DNA from: Nitrospina sp.
GTDB lineage: Bacteria; Nitrospinota; Nitrospinia; Nitrospinales; VA-1
Assembly (NCBI GenBank): GCA_018673915.1
Contig: JABHBK010000069.1
Coordinates: 9,272-73,271, forward strand
DNA: 64,000 nucleotides
Direction: 5' to 3'
Positions 52,243 through 61,934 of this stretch are shown here, one piece after another (positions within the stretch are counted from its first letter, which is position 1; each line of letters begins with the position of its first letter). The notes beneath the pieces are model-generated. The model was not told the origin of the DNA. It saw only the letters and a list, made by a program, of their open reading frames with translations, and made no database searches. The position numbers were made by a program, and so were the translations under genes.

Positions 52243-53177
52243 ATTCGATACAGGAAAAAGTAAATCGGCTCAAAAAGAATATTGAGCAGGTTATATTTGG
52301 AAAAGGCGAGACTATTGAGTTTGTAATCACCTGTCTCCTCGCCAAGGGTCACCTGCTCATTGAAGATGTTCCCGGTGTTGGCAAAACCTCTCTTGCCCAT
52401 TGTCTGGCCAGCTCACTCCAGCTGGAATTCAAACGCATCCAGTTTACCAACGACCTTTTGCCTGCCGACATTACGGGTGTTTCCATTTACGATCAGCAAG
52501 AAAAAAGTTTCCATTTCAAACAAGGCCCCTTGTTCGCAAACATTGTACTGGCAGATGAAATCAATCGTTCCACACCGCGAACCCAAAGTGCCCTGCTTGA
52601 GGCAATGAACGAAAAACAGGTTTCTGTCGACAACAACACCCATATTCTTGAAGAACCCTTTATGGTTATTGCCACGCAAAACCTGATAGAAAGTCAGGGA
52701 ACCTATCCCCTGCCAGAATCGCAATTAGATCGATTCATGTTCTACATTTCTATGGGCTATCCGTCCCAGGATGACGAAAGGCGTTTATTGCAGGACCAAT
52801 CCTTCCGGCCCAACCCGGCAAACATTGAGACAGTTCTGGAAAGAGAAGAAGTTTTAGAACTTCAGGCCATAGTTAATTCAGTCCGAATAGAACCGGTCTT
52901 GACCGACTATATTCTTAACATCATCAACGCTACAAGAGAAGATCCTAATTTATCCCTTGGCGTGAGTCCCCGCGGAGGGTTGATCTTCCAGCAAGCACTC
53001 CGAGCAAGAGCACTCGTTTGCGGACGAGATTACTGCACCCCTGATGACGTGAAACACCTAGCCATCCCGGTATTGTGCCACCGTGTCATTCCTCAGTCGC
53101 ACAACCTTTCAAGGCGTTTTGCCGATACGGCTTCCCTCATCAGTCAGATTTTAGAAAAAGTTTCCGTTCCCGTTTAA
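52239..53177 (+). CDS. moxR: MoxR-family AAA+ ATPase
   Basis: LLIEDVPGVGKT, RIQFT.DLLPAD, LADEINR, GTYPLPESQLDRF. Confidence 0.93.
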   Translation: MNSIQEKVNRLKKNIEQVIFGKGETIEFVITCLLAKGHLLIEDVPGVGKTSLAHCLASSLQLEFKRIQFTNDLLPADITGVSIYDQQEKSFHFKQGPLFANIVLADEINRSTPRTQSALLEAMNEKQVSVDNNTHILEEPFMVIATQNLIESQGTYPLPESQLDRFMFYISMGYPSQDDERRLLQDQSFRPNPANIETVLEREEVLELQAIVNSVRIEPVLTDYILNIINATREDPNLSLGVSPRGGLIFQQALRARALVCGRDYCTPDDVKHLAIPVLCHRVIPQSHNLSRRFADTASLISQILEKVSVPV

Positions 53178-53200
53178 AATGGCAACGCCCAGAGGTTGAA

Positions 53201-54142
53201 ATGACCATCGCCCGTTCTGTTTTCACCCTCACTCTGCATAACCGGACACTGAAATTAACCCGGGAAGGATTTGGGTTCATCGTAATTCTGTTTGGGGTGG
53301 GACTCGGTGCCATCAACACTGGAAACAACCTTTTGTATTTGGTGCTGGCGATGTGTTGCAGTTTCATCGCCGTTTCAGGAGTGTTGTCAGAAATGAGCTT
53401 GAAAAAACTTAGTGTTCAAGGCGAGGTACCCGCTTATCTTTACGCTCAGGAACCCGGCTCCTTGAAGATAAAACTCACCAATCATAAAAAATGGGCACCA
53501 TCCTATTCCATTCGCGTTAAGGGGGCTAATTCCCACCAGCCTTTCCTTCTGGACCCGGAACCCTATTTCTTTTTCATCCCATCCGGAAAAACAATTGGAA
53601 TACCTGTTTTACTGACAGCGCAAAAACGCGGACCTTTAAAGGTTGCCGCATGCCGACTGGCAACCCGTTTTCCCTTCGGATTTTTCTATAAGACAAAAAC
53701 TATCCCATTAAAATTAGAGACTGTAGTTTTTCCTGCCATACACCCGGTCAAACTCCCTCAGCATTCCGATGCTGGGCAGGAAGGTGATGGCATTGTGGAA
53801 CGAAGAGGAGATGAACTTTACGCAATTCGAGAATTCCAGCCCGGTGATTCATTGAGTTCCGTGCACTGGAAATCCTCAGCTAAATCAGGGCGACTCCGAG
53901 TAAAGGAATTCCAGAGCCAAAACAGCTATACAATTTTTCTAACCCTCACCGACCCCGCTACCAACCAGCCTGTTCATGCAGAAATCCTGGAAGAACGAGT
54001 GAGTGAAGCCGCATCATTAATCTATCATCTCGTACAAAGAGGCCATGAAGTAAGTTTAAAAACGGAAGACACGCAAACTGCATTTGGCAACTCTCAGGCA
54101 CATTTGATTGATCTGATGCACCTACTAGCTTTTATCCACTAG
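53201..54142 (+). CDS. DUF58 membrane protein (MoxR partner)
   Basis: AINTGNNLLY, FPFGFF, IREFQPGD...VHWKSSAK...VKEF. Confidence 0.88.
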   Translation: MTIARSVFTLTLHNRTLKLTREGFGFIVILFGVGLGAINTGNNLLYLVLAMCCSFIAVSGVLSEMSLKKLSVQGEVPAYLYAQEPGSLKIKLTNHKKWAPSYSIRVKGANSHQPFLLDPEPYFFFIPSGKTIGIPVLLTAQKRGPLKVAACRLATRFPFGFFYKTKTIPLKLETVVFPAIHPVKLPQHSDAGQEGDGIVERRGDELYAIREFQPGDSLSSVHWKSSAKSGRLRVKEFQSQNSYTIFLTLTDPATNQPVHAEILEERVSEAASLIYHLVQRGHEVSLKTEDTQTAFGNSQAHLIDLMHLLAFIH

Positions 54143-54229
54143 CCATTGGAAAACTTCCAGTAACTGGTAGCTTTCAATACTAAACAAATTTATTTTGGCT
54201 GAAAAAACTATTGCGAAGGAATTCGATTT

Positions 54230-54997
54230 CTATCGCTTCAGAATACTCTGCGAAAAATATTTAGCGGGGATATCGACATCAAATTTGATGACATCAAATT
54301 TATAGGTGGTTTGGGTATTTTCTTTGAGCATATCGCGAAAGACCATAGTGCGGGGAAACAGGCGGGTTTCAATTTTTTCGTAGTCCTTGAACAATATAGT
54401 TTTTAGCAGTTTTCCGCTTTTTGCAAAACGTTCTTCCTTTAAGACAATCCGGTCCTCTGGAGTGATCCAGACCTTACGGGTCTGGTAAGTCGTTTTCTTG
54501 TCCCTGGCAACCAAATGCAAAATGGCACACCGGGTACCGGCAAGCTCATCAAACCCTTCCAAGGTAGCAGAATAAGAATGGCTCAACTTATGGTCCTCCA
54601 TCATGTCCTCATAAGAGAGGTCGCTACCCATCATCGACTGCCGGAGTAGATGTCCAGCAATTAATATTTTCCTGTCAGTTCGTGGAGTATACATCCATAG
54701 CTTGCCAGCTATCTTGAGCATTTTAGTGCCCTTCTCACGGGCCGGCGACTTGTAACGACTGTAAGAACGTTCTACTCCCTGCATCCAAGAGTCTTGAGTC
54801 AAAGTACGCACTTTGCGTCCGTTATCGATGATCAACCGTCCTGTTATAAATTTTGTATTGGCCCATAAATTTTCGTCCACCTGCTCCAACAGTTTTTGAG
54901 GGTTTATTTCTTCTGCATAGCATGGGTTTACAAAAGTAAACATGCAGAAAAGCAAAATATTCATTGCTATAATAATTTTATTCTTCATGATTATCAC
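54230..54997 (-). CDS. LolA-like outer-membrane lipoprotein-sorting protein
   Basis: SPAREKGTKML, LWMY.P, MMGSDLSYED, SGKLLK; signal peptide. Confidence 0.82.
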   Translation of the reverse strand: MIIMKNKIIIAMNILLFCMFTFVNPCYAEEINPQKLLEQVDENLWANTKFITGRLIIDNGRKVRTLTQDSWMQGVERSYSRYKSPAREKGTKMLKIAGKLWMYTPRTDRKILIAGHLLRQSMMGSDLSYEDMMEDHKLSHSYSATLEGFDELAGTRCAILHLVARDKKTTYQTRKVWITPEDRIVLKEERFAKSGKLLKTILFKDYEKIETRLFPRTMVFRDMLKENTQTTYKFDVIKFDVDIPAKYFSQSILKR

Positions 54998-56289
54998 CCT
55001 GCTTCCAGTTCACGGAATAAATTTGCCTCCGAGCGTTTAAAAATCGCCATGCTGGCTACAAGTGTTCCAGCGACACTGGCAAAAATTCCTGGCACAATAC
55101 CTTGGATGAAACCGCCCACCGTCACACGGGCTCTTACAATATCGTTGATCATCAATCCACTTTGAGCGAAACTATCTCCCATGTTCAATCCCACTTCCTG
55201 AAGATACCAGGCGAACGATCCGCCCAATAATGACCCGGCCAACGACCCCAGAATACCAACCCACAACCCTTCCATTGCCAGAGTTAGAATCAACTTCCAA
55301 TGCGGTTCGCCAAAAGCCAGGCGCAATCCCATTTCTCCGTAGCGGTGAATACCACTTAGAATACCAGCATTCCAAAGCACCAGAATCATAAGAAACGTAA
55401 AAACACCTACCACAAACCCTTTGATGACCTGAAATTTATCCATAATCGCGCCGATGTTCTGCTGGTCGCGAATACTAAGTATTATGGGAGAATCGTCTTT
55501 CGCCCAATCTTTCGGTGGGCTCCAATTCGCAAGTCCCACTTTCATGCTTCCTTTGACTTCCTCGTAATGGTCAAAATTAACCCCGGAAGGAAAATAACCC
55601 AACCAGTCTGTCACCATATCTTCCATATAAAAAGTGCTCTGCGCAGAGGCTAAATCTATCAATACCATTTTTTTATCCATGGCGGTGATCCCAAACCGGA
55701 CCAAACCTACAACTTGATAATTATCCGCCACCAAACCGCCATCGAAAGACTGTCCAATTAATGTTATGGGCTGGCCCACCGACACATCAAGAACTTCTGC
55801 CAGTTGAAATCCCATCAACATCTCATTGGATCCTTTAGGGAGAGTTCCCTGGACTAGAGAGGATTTTAACCGGAGTCTTTGTATCTCTTCCGAGTCTGGA
55901 GATTTTAAATCCATCGCCATCCCTACTACTGGAGTTTGGGAGCGCGTTTCGCTTTTTTCATCGGGAACATCCAATATGGCCCCCCAGCGAATTCTAGGTG
56001 CCCAATCCACTTCAGGGTCAGAGTGCTTTACCAGCCAGTCACGAGTCTCGCGCTGATTAGCTAGGGAACGATCCAAAGGGCGCAAGTGTTCCTCATCATA
56101 AAAAGACTGGTTCACCAGACGCAAATGACCGGAGTCAAGATTAGCGGTCATGTCGATCATGCCCATGAAAACACCCTCCATGAATCCCACCAAACAAACC
56201 ACTAAAGCCACCCCAATCGTCACGACAGTGAACGGAAATAAAAATCGTGCTTTATCGCGGATCATTCCGCGAAACCAAAAGCTGATCAA
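54994..56289 (-). CDS. FtsX/LolC-E-like ABC permease
   Basis: 4-TM MacB/FtsX layout with large periplasmic domain; R..EMG...A.G. Confidence 0.82.
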   Translation of the reverse strand: MISFWFRGMIRDKARFLFPFTVVTIGVALVVCLVGFMEGVFMGMIDMTANLDSGHLRLVNQSFYDEEHLRPLDRSLANQRETRDWLVKHSDPEVDWAPRIRWGAILDVPDEKSETRSQTPVVGMAMDLKSPDSEEIQRLRLKSSLVQGTLPKGSNEMLMGFQLAEVLDVSVGQPITLIGQSFDGGLVADNYQVVGLVRFGITAMDKKMVLIDLASAQSTFYMEDMVTDWLGYFPSGVNFDHYEEVKGSMKVGLANWSPPKDWAKDDSPIILSIRDQQNIGAIMDKFQVIKGFVVGVFTFLMILVLWNAGILSGIHRYGEMGLRLAFGEPHWKLILTLAMEGLWVGILGSLAGSLLGGSFAWYLQEVGLNMGDSFAQSGLMINDIVRARVTVGGFIQGIVPGIFASVAGTLVASMAIFKRSEANLFRELEAG

Positions 56290-57455
56290 GTGATCGCCCT
56301 CCCTCGTAATGCCAGAGTTGGATCAAGCCGGGTAATTTTTTTTACGGGTAGCCATGCTGAAGCAATGATCAATGTCAGAACAATGAGGACGGAAACTAAA
56401 ATTTCTCTGGGATGGTAATCTGGATATATAGTTTCCCGGATTGGGAACGATGCTTCACTTAAATGCGACACATCGAATCCAACACCTTGAAACCAGATAA
56501 AAAAAGGTACCCCTAGAACCACTGCAAAAAACAAGGCCCACAAAGCCGCAAGAACTCCCTCCAAGGTAAAAATTTTCACAACTTGCTGTGGTTCCATGCC
56601 CAGCGCCATCAAGGTTCCTATTTCTTTCTGTCTTTTAAAGATATTCAATATCTGAGTGTTAAAAACACTGGTGCAGACCAGAACCATCAATATGCCCCAA
56701 AGGATTTTAGAGTTGATTCGATCCTGGCGTAAAAGTGCCAGGAGGTCAGCCATAAGCAGCTCTATTCCGTGAAATTCAAAACCTTCCACCGAGCCCAAAT
56801 ACTTACGGACAGCCACCCAACTCACTTCACCTTTGCGGTCAGTCATGGCTTGCAAATGGTCCAACCGCAACCAGACCACGCCATCATCAATTCTCGGGTT
56901 AACAATATCCCCCACATCGACAATCAAAACATCACGGGCATCTACCGCCCCTCCCTTATCGCGCCATTTCAAAACTACCGTGTCACCTTTTTTTAAATGG
57001 GCTTTTCTAGCCATTTTCACACCCACAACAGCAGGAATATTTTCTCCAAGTTCATTTTCAAAAGATTCTAATCCAGCAAGCGGTAGACGAAGAAGCGACT
57101 GATCCATTTCGATACCTCGCAATTGTACCGGGTATAATCGGCGGTTAGGGTATATCTGGCCTTGCTGGATCAATACTTCGGATTTGTCTTTGGCCGGAAG
57201 ATCACTCAATACCTCGGGAACGGAAATTGTAAAGTCTTCCCACTCCGTTGGTGTGAGAATATCAAACCCAGGCGCACGGTAATGGCCACCCCCAACATCT
57301 GTCGACACAAGGTTTCTTGTTGCCTGCGCCTGGAAGCCGTTTAACAAGGACAACATAAAAATAAGTGCAATGATAGATAAAGCCGCTACCAGTACATTCA
57401 AAAATGCCCGTAACCCCTGACGGTAAAAATTTTTAGCCGCAATTCCCCAGTTCAA
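56286..57455 (-). CDS. FtsX/LolC-E-like ABC permease
   Basis: A.KNF.R...R, R.KEIGTLMALG, LDP..ALR. Confidence 0.85.
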   Translation of the reverse strand: MNWGIAAKNFYRQGLRAFLNVLVAALSIIALIFMLSLLNGFQAQATRNLVSTDVGGGHYRAPGFDILTPTEWEDFTISVPEVLSDLPAKDKSEVLIQQGQIYPNRRLYPVQLRGIEMDQSLLRLPLAGLESFENELGENIPAVVGVKMARKAHLKKGDTVVLKWRDKGGAVDARDVLIVDVGDIVNPRIDDGVVWLRLDHLQAMTDRKGEVSWVAVRKYLGSVEGFEFHGIELLMADLLALLRQDRINSKILWGILMVLVCTSVFNTQILNIFKRQKEIGTLMALGMEPQQVVKIFTLEGVLAALWALFFAVVLGVPFFIWFQGVGFDVSHLSEASFPIRETIYPDYHPREILVSVLIVLTLIIASAWLPVKKITRLDPTLALRGRAIT

Positions 57456-58162
57456 GTTTCTATCTCCGTGCCGTTTCTAGGTTTGTCCCAACTTATTCTG
57501 CCATCTTCCAGCTTCACTTCCCGGCGGATATAGCGAGTCACCTTTTCATCGTGGGTAGAAAAAATAACCGCCGCCTTAAATTCCTGATTGAGTGTTTGCA
57601 TTAGATTTAAAATCTGATGCGAGTTCTCCGAATCAAGGTTTGCGGTGGGTTCGTCAGCGAGAATCAACAAAGGGTCCTTGACTAACGCTCGAGCTATGGC
57701 AACTCTCTGGCATTGCCCCCCCGACAATTGCGCCGGCTTTTTATTGATCTGGTCTTGTAAACCTACCTTTGCAACCATGGCCTCAACGCGTTCCCGAACC
57801 TGGTTTTCTTTGAGCCCATTAAGAATTAAAGGAAAGAGAACGTTTTCATATACCGAGTAAACCGGCAATAAATTATAGGTTTGAAATATGAAGCCAATGT
57901 TTTCCCTGCGGTAAGCCGCTAATTTGTCACGGCTCATATTTTCCAGATCAGTTCCCTTAAAAAGTACTTTTCCGGTAGTTGGGCGATCCAGTCCACCTAT
58001 CAAATTCAACAAGGTGGTTTTTCCAGAACCAGAAGGACCGACGAATGACATGAAGGCTCCCTTGCTCACCTCAAGACTGACATCATTCAAGGCGGAAAAG
58101 TTTTCCTCTCCTACCCTGTAAACCTTTGATACATGTTCAAGGGTGATTAAATTTTCACTCAT
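57452..58162 (-). CDS. LolD-like ABC ATP-binding protein
   Basis: GPSGSGKT, IGFIFQ..NL, LSGGQ.QRVAIARAL, ADEPTANLD. Confidence 0.93.
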   Translation of the reverse strand: MSENLITLEHVSKVYRVGEENFSALNDVSLEVSKGAFMSFVGPSGSGKTTLLNLIGGLDRPTTGKVLFKGTDLENMSRDKLAAYRRENIGFIFQTYNLLPVYSVYENVLFPLILNGLKENQVRERVEAMVAKVGLQDQINKKPAQLSGGQCQRVAIARALVKDPLLILADEPTANLDSENSHQILNLMQTLNQEFKAAVIFSTHDEKVTRYIRREVKLEDGRISWDKPRNGTEIET

Positions 58163-58204
58163 TTCAAGAAACTCTCAATTTATATAGACGGTGTAATATA
58201 ATAC

Positions 58205-59332
58205 CTAAAAATAATTCACCAGCGTTATGCCCACAGCAGGTTCTGTTCCGTTAAATTCATCCGTCTTACGAAACAAGCGTCCATCCTTTTTTCCTTTCTT
58301 CAAAGATCCCCCTACCCGTCCATGAGCGTAAAGAAACAAAGAGTCGGTCAAGGCATATTCAATTTGAGGAATCCATTGAAAACTTTCATCACGCAAATCA
58401 TAAAGCCCAAACAACTGCCATTTGAGATCAATCCCCACGGGCTGATCAAAAGAAATCCCAATTTGCTGATAGGTTCGGTGCCCCTTAAGGTCGGTCAGGC
58501 TAAATTCTCTTTGCCGGGTAGTGAGAAAATATTCCATCAAAACATGCAAGCCCTCACCGATATCAAAAGTATAATCAATTCCCAAAACAGTATCGAACTG
58601 CATGGGAGCAGAAGGTTTCATTTCAATATCCAAACGGCTTTCATTCCAGAAGCCAAGTTCACTTTCCCCTTTTAAATGATATCCCATCTGTATCATTTCC
58701 TGGTCAAAACCAGGTAGGTTCTCTAAGTCAGACTCAGGGTGATATTGAAACACAACACCGGCTTCGATATCTTCTATCAACATCTCACCACGTATTCCAA
58801 AAATCATTGCGCTCCCCTTTTTCGCCGGGACCAACCAACCCTCTATCAGAGCCGTCTCAGACTGAAAATTGGTGGCACGCACTCCATTCACGCCCCGAGT
58901 TTCGGGAACAACACCGGTAACATCTCGGGTATCAAAAAGTCCCAATGGTCGGTATATGGTTCCAGAACCAAAAAGAATTTTTTGACGCCCACCTCTAATT
59001 TTGAACTTCCCATTATCCAAACGGAGCCATGCACGAAAAAAATCTACATCTGTTTTTCGGCGAAGCCCTGACTGCTCACTTGGACCATCAGCCTGTTTTG
59101 CGTCCACTGACAACTCGTAATCCAGAACCCAATTACCTTTTTCAAAAAAGCCTCCCAGTGCTCCCAGCCGAAACTCCAGCTCACTGTCAAAATCTTTACG
59201 AAAGGAAGGGCTGTCAAAAACAAACTGACTGCCCACCTTTAATCGCCCTTCAAAACTTACGTCAAACGCCGCCGAATTAAACGGCAGGAACAACGATAGA
59301 AGAAGTGATAGCTTTAGAAGCCTTATTATCAA
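58205..59332 (-). CDS. Outer-membrane beta-barrel protein
   Basis: Signal peptide, RAWL, GRQKI.FG.G, alternating strands, terminal NYF. Confidence 0.75.
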   Translation of the reverse strand: MIIRLLKLSLLLSLFLPFNSAAFDVSFEGRLKVGSQFVFDSPSFRKDFDSELEFRLGALGGFFEKGNWVLDYELSVDAKQADGPSEQSGLRRKTDVDFFRAWLRLDNGKFKIRGGRQKILFGSGTIYRPLGLFDTRDVTGVVPETRGVNGVRATNFQSETALIEGWLVPAKKGSAMIFGIRGEMLIEDIEAGVVFQYHPESDLENLPGFDQEMIQMGYHLKGESELGFWNESRLDIEMKPSAPMQFDTVLGIDYTFDIGEGLHVLMEYFLTTRQREFSLTDLKGHRTYQQIGISFDQPVGIDLKWQLFGLYDLRDESFQWIPQIEYALTDSLFLYAHGRVGGSLKKGKKDGRLFRKTDEFNGTEPAVGITLVNYF

Positions 59333-59477
59333 AATATAAAATTGAGTTTAATAATGGGAGAATCACCAAAGTGCTACATATAAAATAAGCGGAGGAAGCT
59401 AAAAGACCACCTTTAAATTTTGAAACAGGGCTATGGCATACCAAACCCAAAGTAAATTCCCATCTCGTTTAATGGAA

Positions 59478-60524
59478 CTATTTAATCAGTTTTTTCACAC
59501 AATCTTTAACATGGTAAATCATTCGCATTAAAAATACCCCGTTAAAACGACGCAATCGAAAACCCAAATATATTTTGAGAAATGATTTTTGAAGCCACAT
59601 CAATGATTTGGAGAAACCTATCACAAGTCTATCTACAACATTATTCCCAGAAACAGCTTGTTTAAAAAACGACAATGATTCATTTTGATCCGAATCCATT
59701 TTATCAAAGATTGCATTTCCGAATGTGGCAAGCTCCCGCCTTTTAAATTCTTCTACAAAACAGGAAGGGAAAAGACTCCTTGGGTGATTGATCATTATTT
59801 CTTCCACCCGAGTAATGAGTTTCAGACTGCGTTCTGGATTCAGCCGGGTTTTGCCTGAAAAACCAGACGATGTCACGGTCCATGTATGCAAAACTTCCGG
59901 GATGAAACATGCTCCATATTCCAGTCCCATTTCGAAAAATTTATACGTGTCCGTCAATGAACCCAATTCGGCAGGAGCAAAACCTCCCGACTCCATATAA
60001 GGTTCCCGGCGCCAAAAAGTTACAGCCCCGTTGTACCAGCACCCATAGCTAATATAAGTACTCAAAAAATTTTCAGCTGATAAATAACAAGCATTTTTTG
60101 ACATATAAGGAGGGCTCGGCTCTACATGTAATTTTTTATTCTCTATGTCATAACATTGAACGACCGCAGAACATAAACCCGCTTGAGGATATTGAGAAAC
60201 TAGTTTCATAGATTTCTCATAGAACCCAGGCAACACCAAATCGTCCGTACCAACAAGATGAAAATAGTCACAGGACGCCTCATGAACAATCCGGTTTAGG
60301 GTATAACACGCACCCATGTTTTTTTCATTTTGTATAAAACGAATTTTCGGTTCTTCTTTTAATATTTCCTTGATTATTGCCACGCTATTATCCGTCGAGC
60401 AATCATCAATAATTATAATTTCATCAGGACACAAGGATTGACTTAAAACTGCTTGCAGGGTCTTTTTTATATAGGAGCCTTTATTGTAATTACCCAAAAG
60501 CACTGAAAATGTCGGAAGACTCAC
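59478..60524 (-). CDS. GT2-family glycosyltransferase
   Basis: SVL...YN....I..TL..VL.Q, IIIDDCSTDNS, N.G, TDD. Confidence 0.88.
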   Translation of the reverse strand: MSLPTFSVLLGNYNKGSYIKKTLQAVLSQSLCPDEIIIIDDCSTDNSVAIIKEILKEEPKIRFIQNEKNMGACYTLNRIVHEASCDYFHLVGTDDLVLPGFYEKSMKLVSQYPQAGLCSAVVQCYDIENKKLHVEPSPPYMSKNACYLSAENFLSTYISYGCWYNGAVTFWRREPYMESGGFAPAELGSLTDTYKFFEMGLEYGACFIPEVLHTWTVTSSGFSGKTRLNPERSLKLITRVEEIMINHPRSLFPSCFVEEFKRRELATFGNAIFDKMDSDQNESLSFFKQAVSGNNVVDRLVIGFSKSLMWLQKSFLKIYLGFRLRRFNGVFLMRMIYHVKDCVKKLIK

Positions 60525-60536
60525 AATAATCCTCTA

Positions 60537-61883
60537 TTAATTTTGCAGATGCCATTGCAAGCGGCATCGATACCAGATAACTGTTCCCATTGGAATACAA
60601 ATCAAACTCATGGCGGCCAAATAGCCAATAGATGCCCCCAAGGCACCCCATTGCCTGCCTAAGCCCCAAACTAACAACCCATTTGCCAGACTGTATACAA
60701 TATTTAAAACTAAGAAGGGCTCTTTTTTATGCGCCCGCAAATAAGCCGACTGACATTGTGACACCTGCCCTAAAACAATACCCAGAAAAAACAGGCCCGC
60801 GGGCAGAGGCTCTAATAATCTCTCCGCCATAGGATGCTGGGCCTGGTTCAACCCATAAATCAATATCCAAAGAACCAGGGCACCTCCGCCAATCACGACA
60901 AGCGAAACGCTTGAGGTCCTGAAAAATAAACGGTCCAGTTCCACAAATTTCTTTTGTGAAATGAGGATACCAAAACGCGGCACCTTTGTGGCCACCCATG
61001 CCATGGCAAGGGAACTTAAAGCTATTATCAAATGCCAGGTCATCCCCATTCGACCTGCGGCCGCAGAACCATGATAATGAAAAATGACCGGTGTGTAGAG
61101 AGAAACAAGAAAATAATTTAATATGCCTGCTACCGCAAGACGCCATTGCATGGGCCATATCTCTTCGCCCCAATGAATACCAGTGCTTCCGGTAGCTTTA
61201 TAAAAGGGTTCAAAAAACTTCCGATAGTACACTAATAAAAGCAATGAGCTGACCACCACACCCATTGCAGAACTAACAATGATCATCCACAGGCCCATTC
61301 CTAACGACATAGCCAACCACAAAGCGCAGGCCCCAGCAACTCCTTGAACCAACCTGAAGCAATTAATAGTTTTTACTTGGTTGCAACCTTCCAGTAGTGA
61401 AATAAATGGCAACATCCATAATTGCAAACCCGACAACAATACTAAAGCAAACCAGGGTTGGACCCAGATAATGCCCGGATCTGAAGACTGAGATAAAAAA
61501 ACATACCCTCCTGTCCCCACAAGCAGGATAAAAATAGCAGACGCACCTGCATACCATTTGAAAACGAGGCGACCCAGACTGATTAAGCGAAATAAAGCTG
61601 GAGAGTCACCTTTAATTCTTCTCTCATTATCAAGTTCCAAGTTTGCCCATTCATGGCTGGCGAACTGGGTAATGACAATATAAAAACCTAGCTCTACAAA
61701 AGATTGCAGGGCAATCAGGCTCAAGAAGGTGTAATAAAATCCCTGTATCTCAGGGGAAAGATAAATGGAAATAAGATATAAAGTAATAGGACCCGCAAAT
61801 AAGGACCATATCTTAGACAGAATCGCATACGCCACTGCGCGGTCCACCTCAATCCACCTTAAGAATTTAATGAACGAGTCCAA
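60537..61883 (-). CDS. Wzx-like polysaccharide flippase
   Basis: About 12 TMs, LSPE.QG.YYTF, LRAHK.EP; located in a glycosyltransferase cluster. Confidence 0.75.
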   Translation of the reverse strand: MDSFIKFLRWIEVDRAVAYAILSKIWSLFAGPITLYLISIYLSPEIQGFYYTFLSLIALQSFVELGFYIVITQFASHEWANLELDNERRIKGDSPALFRLISLGRLVFKWYAGASAIFILLVGTGGYVFLSQSSDPGIIWVQPWFALVLLSGLQLWMLPFISLLEGCNQVKTINCFRLVQGVAGACALWLAMSLGMGLWMIIVSSAMGVVVSSLLLLVYYRKFFEPFYKATGSTGIHWGEEIWPMQWRLAVAGILNYFLVSLYTPVIFHYHGSAAAGRMGMTWHLIIALSSLAMAWVATKVPRFGILISQKKFVELDRLFFRTSSVSLVVIGGGALVLWILIYGLNQAQHPMAERLLEPLPAGLFFLGIVLGQVSQCQSAYLRAHKKEPFLVLNIVYSLANGLLVWGLGRQWGALGASIGYLAAMSLICIPMGTVIWYRCRLQWHLQN

Positions 61884-61934
61884 TAGAGATGAAGTTCCTT
61901 TTTTAAAGATAAGGTGGTGAAGAAGCTAGCGGTG

